Source of the DNA: Schmidtea nova
Taxonomy: Eukaryota
Direction: 5' to 3'
Length of the DNA stretch: 64,000 bases
NCBI GenBank assembly: GCA_044892505.1
Contig: CM097882.1
Span: forward strand, 320,912,001-320,976,000
Position 1 is the stretch's first letter. Each line of letters starts with the position of its first letter. The notes beneath the pieces are model-generated. The model was given only the letters and a program-made list of their open reading frames with translations. It was not told the origin of the DNA and made no database searches. A program made the translations under genes and the position numbers. Of this stretch, positions 31,201-44,122 are shown piece after piece.

Positions 31201-33475
31201 NNNNNNNNNNNNNNNNNNNNNNNNNNNNNNNNNNNNNNNNNNNNNNNNNNNNNNNNNNNAACGATTCGTCCGTCCCGGGATGAATCCTTCACTGGATGAA
31301 TCGTCCACTGGATGAATCGTCCGGGGATGAATAGTCCAAAAATCGATATTTTTCTATTGTACGATTTCTAGGTTTATGTTTTCTAACAAATATCACAATG
31401 AAATTAAATGAAATACCCACTTGATAAAGGCGGTGCCGAAATATCGAGTACCTAACAACCTAAATAATTTTGATCTAGTCATACAATTATTAATATAAAA
31501 ATTATTGATTAGAACAAAAAGAGATCAAAAGTAAAACCAAAAGATAAAATTAAATGAACTAAATCTGAAGCCGCAAAATGAAAATAAATTGATAGTTATC
31601 CAGATAAAAAAAATTCATATCAAAATTCAAGCGTTATGAAAATCAACTGAAATTCAATAATGCCATTTACTTTTTAGTGGTTATTTAAATGTAATAGTGA
31701 AAAAATTATTTTCCTCAATAAAGAAATGAAATCGCAAGATTATTTAGAATTTAAATACAGATTCTCTAACCTGCAAAAAAGAACCATCCAACATTGTCAA
31801 ATAATTAGCCCAAGAAAATTTCCAAATGACATTTTTAAAACTAAAATTTAATACTTAATTGAATTTGATGTTTGAATCGAAGGATTAACTTGAATTTTAC
31901 TTAAATGCAATCACTAAAATAACTTTTTAAACATGAAGCAAGGTGTTTGTATAACAGCAGAAATTGAAATCACATATCTATGAATTTTCTCGAAATTGAA
32001 AATTGTCAAATCAAAGATTTGAAACAGACTGACGAATGAACATATAACTAACTAATTGGGTTGTTTGTCGTCAAAAATACCTATGATATTAATCCTCAGT
32101 TAATCAAGTAGGAAAAAGTAATACAAATAGTCACATGGGTCAATTTCTATAATCGAGTGCAAAGCAATAAATTAGTTCACATCAGATACGTCCTCACAAC
32201 TGAAGGTGACTCATCAGCATGTCGGTTAGAGGTGCTGAGCAGCTCAAGGTCATGCGGTAAAGTCTCCGGAAGAGGAAACTGCTTTTTAATAGCCTGAGGT
32301 TACATTGACTCGCGCTTGACGAAGCGAGGGTTAAAACAACATCAAATAAAATTCAAAATGAATTTAATATAATATTAAAAAAATTATTATCGACCTTTTG
32401 TTTTTTTATGTGTGTAATTCTTTTATTAGCTTTAAGACTTTTTTCAGTCCAAAAAATTATTTGGATTGAATATCATAGCTGCTTTAGGTTATTTTACGTT
32501 TAATACACGTTACCCATTGATCTATTGGGTTTTCGTGTCCCGTGAGTTTTAGAGAGATTACTAGAAACTAAATACGGTACATATTAAACCTTTATAATCA
32601 ATGTTATCAGCGCCGGATTTTCTCTTGAGGAGGCCCAAGACTAAAAATTTTATGGGGCTATTTATAATTTTTTTTTAAACAAAAAGGTAAATTTGTTAAT
32701 GCTCAATCAGTAATTTGAAGTAATGATTTGATTTTAATGTTTTGTTTGTAAACGGTTGAAGAAAATCAAAGCCAACATTGTTTTTTTTAAATAAAAATTT
32801 GAAAAAATATTGTTTTCGTGAAATTTTTACTTTAGAAAGGTATTATATTAAATATAATAATATAATGTATATAATATTAAAATATTATTATTAAATATTT
32901 TGTTACTTATATTACATAAATATAATATTCTGCAAATAATTAAAAGATGTAATAAGTTTTTATGATAATAATACAAAATTTGGGCCCGCCGCCAGTCGGG
33001 GGGCCCTAGGCTGCAGCCTTGTCAGCATAAGGATAAATCCAGGCCTGAATGTTATGCCCATAAGTTGAAGTATTGAAAATTTCAAGGGTCCCTTGAAAAC
33101 GAAATGATGCAATTATTTTTTTAAATTTTATTACACAACGAGAAAAAATTTATGTAATTCTCAGTTTCTCGATTCTGGTAACATGTCCCGTCTAATTGAA
33201 AAAGAAGGCCACTTGTTAGATTGGTCAAACAGAGTTCATATTGCCGAAGACATAGCGAAGGGATTGGTTTATTTGCACGATCAATTCGTTATACATCGTG
33301 ATTTATCTGCCGAAGTAATGATAAAACTTATTTTTGTACTATAAATTTGACTTACAATGTGTCATTGACAGAATATTCTGTTACACAAATCCCAATCCAA
33401 ATCAGATAGTGAGTCGATGATCTACAGTTATCGGGCAGTTATCGCTGATTTCGGACTGTGTTTGAACATGAAACA
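19212..33475 (+). CDS. Host TESK/LIMK-like protein kinase gene, N-terminal exons (19212-19439, 19495-19616, 24109-24156, 33165-33314, 33372-33475); remaining exons not found
   Basis: Spliced translation gives IGSGFFAKVY, MAFK, FVKEIKLLKSLNHDNILK, GACLYNGVFGYLTE, DWSNRVHIAEDIAKGLVYLH, HRDLSAEN and AVIADFGL. All introns are GT-AG. Exon 3 is 1 nt short. Confidence 0.8.
21760..22089 (+). mobile_element. hAT (Buster/Charlie-type) relic
   Basis: RKRKYSDEFLKYGFT is the transposase N-terminus. 3' TIR AAAGGTTGGGAACCGCTG ends at 22089. Confidence 0.65.
22892..23603 (-). mobile_element. Non-autonomous hAT (Buster-type) element
   Basis: TIR CAGGG(G/A)TTCCCAACCTT, 8-bp TSD TTCTAATA, and a dimerisation-domain remnant ETGFSAMTGMKTKY on the minus strand. 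Confidence 0.9.
23797..23830 (+). ncRNA. Degenerate hammerhead ribozyme copy (G5 mutated) in a Penelope pLTR fragment
   Basis: ACAC-TTAATAA-CGGCTGTGCC-GAAA-TAT-C-GTGT. Confidence 0.5.
24530..25130 (+). mobile_element. Merlin (IS1595-like) transposase relic
   Basis: Frameshifted WVFGSICRQTGECF and HRGMLNSYI; homologous to the 50209-51222 element. Confidence 0.75.
25804..25838 (-). ncRNA. Minimal hammerhead ribozyme (U3-A8 variant) in inverted pLTR
   Basis: Minus strand TTGATAA-AGGTTGTGCC-GAAA-TAT-T-GTGT. Confidence 0.6.
28307..28349 (+). ncRNA. Minimal type I hammerhead ribozyme (U3-A8 variant) in Penelope pLTR
   Basis: ACAC-TTGATAA-AGGCTGTGCC-GAAA-TAT-T-GTGT. Stem I ACAC/GTGT extends to AATA/TATT; stem II GGC/GCC; palindromic ATAT stem III. 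Confidence 0.7.
28960..29450 (-). mobile_element. mariner transposase relic
   Basis: RRFITIDET*IHYYTP..KEQSEQW...SAAKVMTSVF. Confidence 0.75.
29600..29977 (+). mobile_element. hAT 3' end relic
   Basis: YTCEQAFSRMK-like dimerisation motif and TIR TTGGGGACCTCTG. Confidence 0.55.
30626..31338. repeat. Element with inverted arrays of ~15-bp subterminal repeats flanking an N gap
   Basis: GACGATTCATCC repeats on the left; reverse-complement GGATGAATCGTC repeats on the right. Confidence 0.7.
31417..31450 (+). ncRNA. Minimal hammerhead ribozyme copy in solo pLTR fragment
   Basis: TTGATAA-AGGCGGTGCC-GAAA-TAT-C; core intact, stem I weakened. Confidence 0.55.
32608..33047. mobile_element. hAT-type MITE
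   Basis: Imperfect TIRs CAGCGCCGGATTT / AAATCCAGGCCTG and 8-bp TSD AATGTTAT. Confidence 0.85.
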
Positions 33476-33777
33476 GTTAGTGAAATATGGATTATTTCTA
33501 ATAATTGCCGGTTTTATATTGTGGTGCACGAGTGAAACCTTTTACTTGTCATGTCTCAATAGGATGGAATTGTTTCTTTGATAAATTTCAGTTGACTTTT
33601 GAACAGTCAAAATTTTATGTTGAATAATGGATGCACTAAAAACACATCTGAAGTGCTTTTCTGATATAGCGAAAACTAATTAGTATTATAAACTAAAACT
33701 TTTTAAAATATATATTAATATACGTATGGAATAATTAATTTTAAATATTTAAGAAGATAAATTTATTTCCTGACTCT

Positions 33778-36700
33778 TATAAGCCACAGAACTTCTGGTG
33801 TTGATTGAATCTATTTTAAAACATTATTTGAATATTACGCCATAATATTTAAACAAATCAATTATAATTGGTTTGAGGAGTTTCTATAAAAATAATAAAT
33901 GCATAAGTAAGGATTTCAACATAAGTTCATTCATACAGGCAAAATATACTAATAATATAATATGTATTACAAAACACCTCACATCCCTTGTTTAAAAGCT
34001 TCTGTCCATTCTATGTTTCTAATTAAAGTAATTCCATTTTCCAATTTTACTTCACAACTTCGCTCATGCAACTTTTTCATAACCTCCCCTGGCTCTTTAT
34101 ATCTCTTTTGATTTTTATTGCGAACATTCATTTTACTTGAAACAGTTTTCAATTTGAAATTCACGATTTGTTTTTTGATCGATTCTTTTCTATCGTTGCT
34201 TCTGAAAACCATTCATCAGATATCTTTTATCCAAACATAATTTAAGTTGGAGTTTTGTTAATAGTTTTTTGAAAAGTTGAATTGATCATAAATTGCAGTT
34301 CAGGGAGAATACCAACTAATGATTCATGAGTAGTCATGAAGTGTTATTTGTGTTGCATCACAAATAGTTCGAAACCTTCTCTCAATTGGCCAATTCGCTG
34401 CATAATAGTATGGAATTGAATAACTTATTTCAATATTGTAGTCTTTCAAGCTTCCTTACTGCTTTTGATTTAAATGACTTGCATTTATCCCAATTAATTA
34501 TCCTTGGGCGCCGAATTTCATTATCCACTCTTCTTTAAGTATCCGAATCACTATCTTCTCATCTTTCGCTTTAGCTGCGTGCAGGAAGATAAATTAAATG
34601 TGATTGCTGATTGTAATGGACCTCACAAATCAATGCAGATTCTTTCGAATAAATTAGAATGGCTTGTACATATTATTCTTTCTTTAATTCTTGTCGTATC
34701 AACCTTTCGTTTTTGATAATTTTCACAAGCTTGTACTGTATCAAGAACATATTATTTACCTTTTCTGTATTGTATTTCCATATCTAAACTGATAAGGGGA
34801 TTTATCCCTGATTGAAATTGAGGAGTAATAGCTTTTTCAGTTTTCATCATAATTGTAATAGCTTTGTGATCTGTTCTTACTGTAAAACCTTTGCCACATA
34901 AATAATTCTTAAAATGATTCGTAAAATAAAATATAAATAACAATTCCTTCCGCGTTATGCAATAGTCTAACTAGTGTTTATTTATTGTCCGAAATCCATA
35001 CACGATAACTCTTTCTTTATTTCCTTCTGTTTCAGACAATACAGCACCTATTCGATCCAAACTATCATCTGTATTCAATATGAAAAGCTTAGTAAAATCT
35101 AGAAACTTTAAAACCGGTGTAGACATTAATTTTAGTTTTAAATTTTGAAATGAATTTTCACAGTCGTCTGTCTATAAGAGTTTCTTTTGTTTACTCCCAC
35201 ACAGCGCCTCTAATACTTTTCAATCTTTTATGTAATTTTCTTTAAATCTGCGATAGTAATTTGCTAGACTTAAAAAGTCTCTCAAGCTTTTTACACATTT
35301 AGGTGAATAAAAAATTTGAATAGTTTCAATTTAGCATTAGACTGTAATCCATTTTCTCCAATAATATGACCCAAAATCTTTTCTTCATTCTTTTTAAACT
35401 GACATTTTTAGATTTGCTAATTAATCTTTTAAAACACTTTTTAAATAGTTTTATAGTGTTTTCGAGAAGACTAGGATATCATCAAGATACAATAGCTCCT
35501 TTCCAGTTTAATTCTCCAAGAATCAGATTCAAGTGTCTTTGAAATGTAGCCGGTGTGGCAGCTATTCCAAATGGCATTCTATTGAAGTATAACTGCTTGT
35601 TTTTTTGTTGAAAATGCGGTCTTTAACTTTGAAGTTTCTTCAAGTTCTACCTGATGATGGGCATTTCCTAGATCAATGATCGAGCAGTATTTGGTTTCAT
35701 CTAGGACGTATAGTAATTCTTCTCTATTCAGAATTAAGAAAATTTGCCGCTCTGTTACATTGTTTATTGCATGATAATAACCAACACATTCTTTTACCAT
35801 TGCTGTTTATCTTTTAGCGCATACTAATGAAGAATTTCAAGGTGACGTACATTCCGATATAATGCCATATTTCAACCTTTCCTGAATATTTTTTTTCAAT
35901 TTTTTCTATCAAATGCACCGGTTGTCGCCTAGGGTTGATTACAATCAGACTAGACCCCCTTTAGTAAGTATTTCATGCTTTAATAATTCGGTCTTTCCAA
36001 CATCGTATTTATGTTTCATAAAATTCAGCCATAAACATTGATTGAATTATTCAAGATCTTAACTTCACAAAAATCCGTATTAAAAGAATTGTCAGAAAAT
36101 TCTTTTAATTTCACATTTCTTTATCTGTAATTGAATATCAAATTTTTTCAGGAAATCTATTCCACCTATTAACGTTGGATTTATATCTTTGGCTACTAGA
36201 AATTCCATTGCTTGGATTTGAGAAATCTTAACTATTGTTTACTTGTTTACCACAAATTTTTATTTGGCTATCGATTGCACATTTTTACTTTAAATTACTT
36301 TTGGTCAATCGAAAATTACCAATTTTTTAAAAATACGCATACCGTTTATTAAAGGAATACTATTTTTACATTATTTATCATTACAATGACACTTGGCTTT
36401 TCCTGAATTTATCATATAAAATTACATAATTTTTTTTTCACATTTCACATATTTTATTTAAATAATTAAATTTAATAGACGATTCTTTAAAATGTTCACC
36501 CATACAATATTTATCAATATATACATTATTAAAACTTTTATAATCAAACACACAATCAAAATTATTTTCATTCTCATATAATTCCTACTCATACCATTAG
36601 TTACCCTAAATTTATTGCTCTCATCACTTCCTCGTGTGTGGCAACCATTTTCTAGAATTTCCGACGTTTTTAGGGAAGTAGATCATGACATTGCTGCTTA

Positions 36701-38416
36701 AAGTGTCCTGATATCTTGCAATGTGTACAACAAATACTGGGACATTCTGATCTTTTATTGCCTTCATCATGATGTGTCCAACATCTTTTTGCGGTTGAAT
36801 ATGTGTTCGAAATTGATTGTCTCTAGAATTATAAACCTTTTAAATCTATTGGCTTTCATTCATTTTCAAAAATTTGTTATCTTCTTGGAATTTCGTCTTT
36901 ATATCTTTGATATAATCATCTCTCTTTATCTGTTCGATTTTCATAATTTTTTTGGCAGTTATCTTAACAGTATCAGCATAACATTGATTTTTTGCCATGT
37001 TTTTATTAACTTTCTTTTCTTGTATGTATGTGCGGTACAAATTTTGCAATCGATTTTTAACTAACTTCCCGATGAGCCAGAGTCTTGAAATTTTGAACAT
37101 AGCTCAGAACCGATGACAATGCAATATTCAACAGTTTGTCACAGGTTCGTACCAAGGGTTCGGCGGCCCTCATATAAAAGACGATTGTAAAAGTAATGAA
37201 AATGACAAAATGTATAATAATAATAAAGTTTTCACTCACAGAAGACTAAAAGGCAGAAAATAAATAAAAAAAAACTTTTTAATGTACCACGTTTTTAAAA
37301 TCGACTAAAAAGGAGAAAATAATTTTTCCCACCCCCCACATAAAAATTATGATTGTGAGATTATAAAAAAACAATGAAAACTTTTGTGAAATTTAAAATG
37401 AAAAACTTAAAGCTCACGCATTTTATGGTGTAATATAGTTCCAATAGCTAGATAATACTTAAGAATTTTAACTATGATGTTAAAATAATTCACTCATTAG
37501 TTAAAACCACTTACGAGTTGAGCATAATTAAATTGTTACGGAGCCATCGGAACTATATTATAATTTATACCTACAATGCATATATTACATGCGCTCCACG
37601 TTTTTCATTTTAAATTTCACAAACGTTTTCATAGTTTTTAAAATCTTTCAATTATAAGCCCTCAGAATTTTCCGTGTGGGGTAGGAAAAATTATTTTCTC
37701 CTTTTTAGTCTATTTTAAAAAGGTGGTACATTAATTTTTTTTATTTATTTGTATTTATTAAAGAAACTTCCGTATTGAATTTATTAATTTCTCTTGAAAC
37801 TTGGTTATTTTTCTTTAGTCTTTCAGATAGTCAAATCATTTAAAATCCTTCTTTATTTCTTTATGTTCGAGCAATTTTTACCGTTAAAAATATTTTAATT
37901 CTAACTCCAGTTTATTTCAGAATATTTTTTTTCGATTTTCGAACAAAATCCTTCGGTATTGTCATTTCCTTGAGTGCTTTATTGAGATCATCATTAAGGC
38001 TTCTTTTTTTCAAAAATGCATTTCTTAAACTTTCTATGTGGTGAATATTTTCATTTATCGAATCCTTTTTCATGGTATTATTAATTGAGAGAAATGCCTA
38101 ATGAATTTGCTTATGTAATCATCGGCAATATTTGTTATTTAAAAAAAAATCGTTCTGTTTCTAATATAAAATCATTTACGTCTGCATCCATATCATGTTT
38201 CCTGTGGCTTGACGAAATTTGCTATCGTGATCGCCATATTAACCACATAACTTCTGGTGTTAATTGTATCCATTTTAATACACTATTTGAATATAAACAT
38301 TTTATTATTTTATTACCCAATAATATTTAAACAAATCAATTAAGGGTTTCAACATAAGTTGATGCATACAAGGAACATACACTAATAATTTAATGTATAT
38401 TTTAAAACACCTCACA
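33778..38416 (-). mobile_element. Decayed Ty3/Gypsy LTR retrotransposon
   Basis: Diverged direct LTRs 33778-33983 and 38237-38416 starting TGTGAGG on the minus strand. PBS-like TGGCGATCACG at 38226-38236; PPT next to the 3' LTR. RT (MPFG, YLDDIL) and RNase H (VRTDHKA) remnants. Confidence 0.85.
37258..37750. mobile_element. Long-TIR MITE nested in the Gypsy element
   Basis: ~170-bp imperfect inverted repeats (37260-37430 vs 37575-37750). Confidence 0.7.
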
Positions 38417-40329
38417 ACGCTATTTAATTATTTTTATATTATTATGAAGTATAAATCAGTAGTTCTTAACCGTTTTATAGTCGAAACTCACTTAATAACC
38501 ATGATTGTTTTATCACTTTAATATTAAAACATAAAATACATTTATATATTAAATAAACATAAAACTTAAATTCAAAAATATTCATAAACATGTAAAAAAT
38601 TTCGTTGGATTTTTGTGAAATCCTGACAAATGTATTTTTATTTAGTATTTTTAATAGACTTGAATTATTTTTCCGAAATTAAATTTTTTGTTGAATTAAT
38701 TATAAATGTTTTTTTAAATAATTTAGAGAACCCCACCGAACCTTCCGCGACCCCTCGTTTAAAAATCATTTGTATAAGTCAATGATTGAAATTAATAAAA
38801 AAATTATTTCAATTGAAACGAAATTTGGAAAGTACGATTAACACTTTCTAAAATTTAGTGTCACAAAACTCACAGAAAAATAAACCGACAAAATTAAATC
38901 TAATAAATTGTAATGAAATTTGAGAAATTTACTGAGATATTACAATGAATTTTCCACAATTTTTTTATTTTGTTCTCAGTAAAATTTTGTTGAATCTGAT
39001 AAAATCTATTTTAGTAACCAATGATGTCGGTAAAAATGAATTTAGAAAATTCAATTCTTTTCTGAAAATTTTAATAAATCCAAAATGATTGGTTGGTTTT
39101 ATTTGGAAGATGATTATAGAAATTTTGAAATTCATTTGCAATTGGTGCTGATAAGGTAAATGCAAATGATCCATTGAATTATTAAAGGATGCATTTAAAT
39201 AGCCTAAACACCATTAATTACATGAAATTTACCAGTGATTTATGATGGAATTTAATTTAAAAGTTATATCAACATATTTCTTTACGAAAAAATATTAACT
39301 TATTATGTATTTAAAAGATTTTTTAAAAATTAATATTTACATCATTTATTTTTTCACCTTTCTATTTCAAAAACTTTCATTTTATTTTAGATTAGACAGA
39401 AATTGTTTTTTACATACACACAAATTGTCTGCAGACTTTTTGAAGTATGTACACTTTCAAAATATACACTTGTAAAAGGTGCCAAAGATTTGTATGATAT
39501 ATTAAAAAACATTTTGATTTAGTCTTTATATAAAAAATGCAGATTTATTTTTCTTTGTATTCTAATAAAATATTTATTAGTCAAAGGAAAGAATAATAAT
39601 GACTATGTAAAATACGAAAGAACATATAACCGTATAAGGTATGAACATATCAAAATTTGGAAGTATTGTATAATATTCGCTTGTTTTATTTTTCAGAGTG
39701 TATTTCTAATATGAAATAACTTCTACTCCAAAAAACCGATCCATATCAGAAAAAAACTGATATAAATAATATTCTACTAAGACGAGTTGCTTTCTTTTCA
39801 ATTTTCTTTTGATGTAAATCAATTTGTTTAAACAAAACGTTTTACGCGTTCGGCGAAGGAAAAAAATATACAAAATTCAAACTGAACATAGAATTTTTCA
39901 TATTTATTTTGTTCTCGTTTCTCTGTGACAAATGTATTTTTAAAAGTGTTTGTTTTGCGTATATATCCGTGAATCACCAAGTTCAGTTTATTTTAATTCG
40001 GTTTAATAACAAAAAATCAGATTTTCAATAATAATTATACTTAGATTTTAATTTTTTAACCCAAAAAATTAATTTTAAATCTATATATTGAGACATTCAA
40101 ATAAAAGTTAACCATTCAAATAAAAAAGTTTCATTTGTTAGAATCAGTGTAAAATAAGCATTTGTAATATTAATAGTGGTGGTTAATTATAATTGAAATT
40201 GTGAAAATAATGTTAAAGGTGATTTTAAATGCAGTTTGCTGTACTTTAATATAATTTTCGTCGAGAAAGGTAAATAATTAAATATTAAATTATTAAAATA
40301 CCCCATTTAAATACAAAATTTATAACTAT

Positions 40330-42715
40330 CAGGTATAATGGACAAAAAATATGTATCAATATATTTATAATGCTTACTTACTAGTATAACCAGAAAAAAA
40401 ACTAGAAAATTGTGCCAGAAAGGAGTTGTAAAACAATGGAACAAAACGAGGTTGATTTGCAAACAGAGGTAAACAATTATTTAAAACAATTAAATGCAAT
40501 TACCATAAGGGAAAAAGGAAGTCTGTTTTCATTTTAGGAAAGACAAGCAACAAAAATTGTGGGTTTTCAAATGCTACAATTGAAAATTGTTTAGCTTCAA
40601 TTAGTGAAACTGAGCCATCAACATCCACTGCTAACTCAACTAATACTAGTAGTTTAATACACAAAACTGTAAAAGATAATTTACCATCCAGCTCTTGTGA
40701 ATCACCACGAGTCGCTATAGTTCAAAAGAAACTACAATCCGAGATTGAAGTACTGAATTGGTTTATATGAACGTCATAAGCGAGGTTTTCTATCTGATGC
40801 TCAGGAAAAAAAGATTTAAATGCCAAATAGAAACAAACAATTGATTTAGAGGCTCAGTTGAAAAGGAAAAAGGAGGAGCAGAAACGACCGCATAAGTACC
40901 TAAACGAGAGAAAATTAAAGTTTAACGCAATTATGGAAAAAACCCCGGAAATACGCCAAGCTTTGAAAATTAGAGAGCATGTCGGAAGACCGATAATTGA
41001 AGAAGACCAGCCGCAGCTACTACAAACTATTATAAATATAGCTATGCATGGATCTGCAGCCCATGAGCGGTGACAAAGTGACGTTTATCGTACTATCAGA
41101 ACACTTAATGAACTATGAATGGTATTAAAAAATGACGGCTTTAATATTAGTAGATTCGGGCTGTATCTTAGACTACTATCAAAACGGGGCTCATCTTTTG
41201 AAGGAAACCGCCATGTTAAAACCGTCCCAGTTAAGCTGATCAGGTCTCAAAATGATAAACATTCAAAATATATCGATGGTTCGTTTTGTCGATCAACAAT
41301 TAGCTGTTTAGAAGAATTATCGTCACTTCTAGGGCCTTCTGAAGTTTGCTTTGTAAGCTAAGATGACAAATCTCGGATACCATTAGGTCTTGCAGCAGCC
41401 AATAAACAAAGCCCTCTGTTAACCCTTTCTAAGGCAAAGGAAACTAAAAGTGATGTAAAACTCAAAGTTTATTAATAATAATTATATAGTTACAAACACA
41501 TCTATGGTTTCAAATACTATAAATTTGTCCTCTTGTGGCTCAATATATGTCAGCAGTTGTACCAAAAGTATAAATGATTACCGACAGCGTTACACTTAGA
41601 TATTTTTATTAGTTTAAAATGGTGTACAGTATATTGCCACCACCTTAGAAAGGGTTAATGCATGTAGAATACAGAATTCAATTGCCTGATCATGACTGGG
41701 TTGTAGCAACCCAACATAAACTTATCCCTTCAGTATACGCAGAAATTGAAATTTTATCCGATGGACTTCGTAAAGCTGAAAATGTAACTTATTCTGGACC
41801 AACATATATTGCTATACAATCAGGTAAACATTCAGCATCAACAGCTATGAGTCACGCGTTGGATTTTGAAAAGATATTAAATTTAGAGGAATTCAATACT
41901 ATTACTCGACACGGAAAAGATGGATTAGTAAAACCTGTTCTAGTTTTTACCGTTGATGGAGGGCCAGATGAAAACCCACGATATCAAAAAAAAACGATTA
42001 CAGTGGCGGTTCATCACTTTTTAAAGCATAATGCTGATGCAGTATTTATTGCCACCAGCGCATCAAGGCGCAGTGCATTCAACAGCGTTGAAAGAAGGAT
42101 GGCACCGCTTAGTAATGACTTAAGCGGACTAATATTACCTCATGATCATTATGGTGTCCATCTTAATGACAAAGGCGAAACAATTGAAAAAGAGTTGGAG
42201 AAGCAAAATTTTATTTTTTGCTGGCCAATGCATGGAAGGATGAGGACGAAAGTTAAATAATAAAGACAAACGTTCTATTTTGGATTGATTTTATAATATA
42301 TACTTGGATCCTGTGATTTTATTTATCATTAATTAAGTACTACGATTCTTTAACCCTTATGCTGGAATGAACGCATTTGAATTTTTAGTTTTAAGGATTA
42401 TCTAGAGTTAATTTTTTTTAAATGATAACAACGCTTATTTTATATTTTGTTATTTACTGTACAGTTTTTGGAAATAATATGAAATTTTTAGAGTTAATAT
42501 AATAAGTTACGAAAAAATATAAATATAAAATAAAGAAATTATTTATTTCTTCATTATACATCATGTTTATTATTTGTTTTCATTTGGTAATGGGGGTGTG
42601 TGCATTTGTGACATAATTTTTAATGGGGTATTTACAGTTTTGTGACGAGTCGTGACAAAGGGGGAGGTGGGTAAAATCATTCAAAATTAGCGTGACGTAG
42701 TTTATGGATGGCCTC
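40330..42715 (+). mobile_element. Zator-type DNA transposon, decayed transposase, right TIR intact
   Basis: S*DDKSRIPLG, LPDHDW, VDGGPDENPRY and NSVERRMAPLS form a DDE triad. TIR (GAGGCCATCCATAAACTACGTCACGC on minus) ends at 42715 next to TTA. Left end not found. Confidence 0.75.
41423..41654. mobile_element. piggyBac-type MITE inserted in the Zator transposase
   Basis: 12-bp perfect TIR CCCTTTCTAAGG and TTAA TSD. Removal restores ...SPLLMHVEY. Confidence 0.92.
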
Positions 42716-42718
42716 TTA

Positions 42719-43307
42719 AATCTTTGATAAATAAATTAAATACTTCAAGTCTATCACAGCCCAAACTGTAGGTTACGCATTGTAAAACTATCACACTGGG
42801 ATCGTAAAAGTAAATGACATCATTGATCACTGGCTTGAAAACTGAAAGATACGTTTCGTCATTTATTCCTTCTTTCAAAGGTACAATAACTGAATAGTGT
42901 TTACCAAAATATGCACCAATTTCATACATACCACCTGTTCCCGTGAAGAAAATGTTACCATATTTATGAAAAGAAACTTTCATAACACATTCAGTAAAGT
43001 AAAATGCTTCCTATATGCCATCACCATGACAGACATCAATATCAATGTAGAGAACTCTTTGATGCCTCTTTAATAATTCCAGAATAGCTATTACAATATC
43101 ATTCACATAGCAAAATCCACTTGCTTCCAATTTTATAGCGTGATGAAGTCCCCCTGACCAATTTATAGCTATATCAACAATTTTATTATTTAAAAATTTT
43201 GCAGCTTGCAAAGTAGCGCCAGTATATACAAAACAAAAATCAAAAACCCCAGGAAAGATCGGGTAATTTTCACCGGCATTGTAATACATGAATTTTTTAC
43301 ATGACAA
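42719..43307 (-). pseudogene. HDAC3: Class I histone deacetylase (HDAC3-like) pseudogene fragment
   Basis: [33 protein letters not shown] (Zn His lost), TAG stop, [28 protein letters not shown] (Zn Asp lost). No introns across ~200 codons. Confidence 0.88.
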
Positions 43308-43747
43308 ATTTCTTGAAAAGCAATAACCTTAATTAACAAAAATTTCGCTTTTTTAATTTTAATATTCTTTTTTTCTTTTCAATCATTTTTTACAAAGAAT
43401 TCATTTAACTGTTTGACATACCGAAGACAGTATTCAGTGAAAAGCATATAGAAAAAAAGCATATAGAGCATGTCTGGTAGTAGTAGAAGGTCCATGTTAT
43501 GCAGCCTCCGCACTAGGGTATCATAGCTTCATCCTAAGATATTTCTTGGTTTGGCTTATATATTAATTGAAATTATTTTGTGAAATAATCTACTACATGT
43601 CTAATTTTAAGTAGTCTATCTTATGAATTGTTTTCCAACGCATTATTATTGAAATGAAGCGATTGTAAAATTTCCTAAAATCGGTTCCGGCTCATAAGTT
43701 TTGAAAACATCGGAGTTTTTAAAAATGAATCAGTTGACCAATAATCT

Positions 43748-44122
43748 TTAATATGATATTTTCTTACATGTCCTATAAAGATAACAATAGGTAAAAATTT
43801 TGATTTCCTTTTTTTCTAGATCTACCCATTTTACAGTTCTAGCGTGTTCTTTCCACTTACTTTCATTTTTATGTCGATATATGTAGGTTTCACGAGAAAG
43901 CATTTCAAATAAATCATTTATAATAAACAAACTTACGACTTCATTAATACTCGAATGATTGGCAGGAAATTGCTTTACTCCTGAGTTTCCAATAAAATTA
44001 TCCAGGATAGAAATTTTGTCTTCCTTAGACCATAGACTTGTTTCATGAATTATTGGAATATCTCTAGCACTATCACGGGTATCTGAATTGCTCGGTAAAA
44101 GACAAGTATTTTTTTCCTTCAA
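43748..44122 (-). mobile_element. piggyBac transposase N-terminal relic
   Basis: FIGNSGV...SLFIINDLFEMLSRETY...W.DLEKKEIKIF resembles the PGBD N-terminus. Confidence 0.65.

Noticed and set aside
30609-31340. CRISPR-like array or long ORFs around the gap
   Set aside because: Eukaryotic context, no unique spacers, repeats inverted across the gap; the ORFs are N-filled.
32175-32235. Minus-strand CTGATGAGTC...GAC hammerhead-like motif
   Set aside because: GAAA is replaced by GTAT and stem III/I cannot be completed.
38457-38772. Possible hAT MITE
   Set aside because: TIRs degenerate and TSD register ambiguous.
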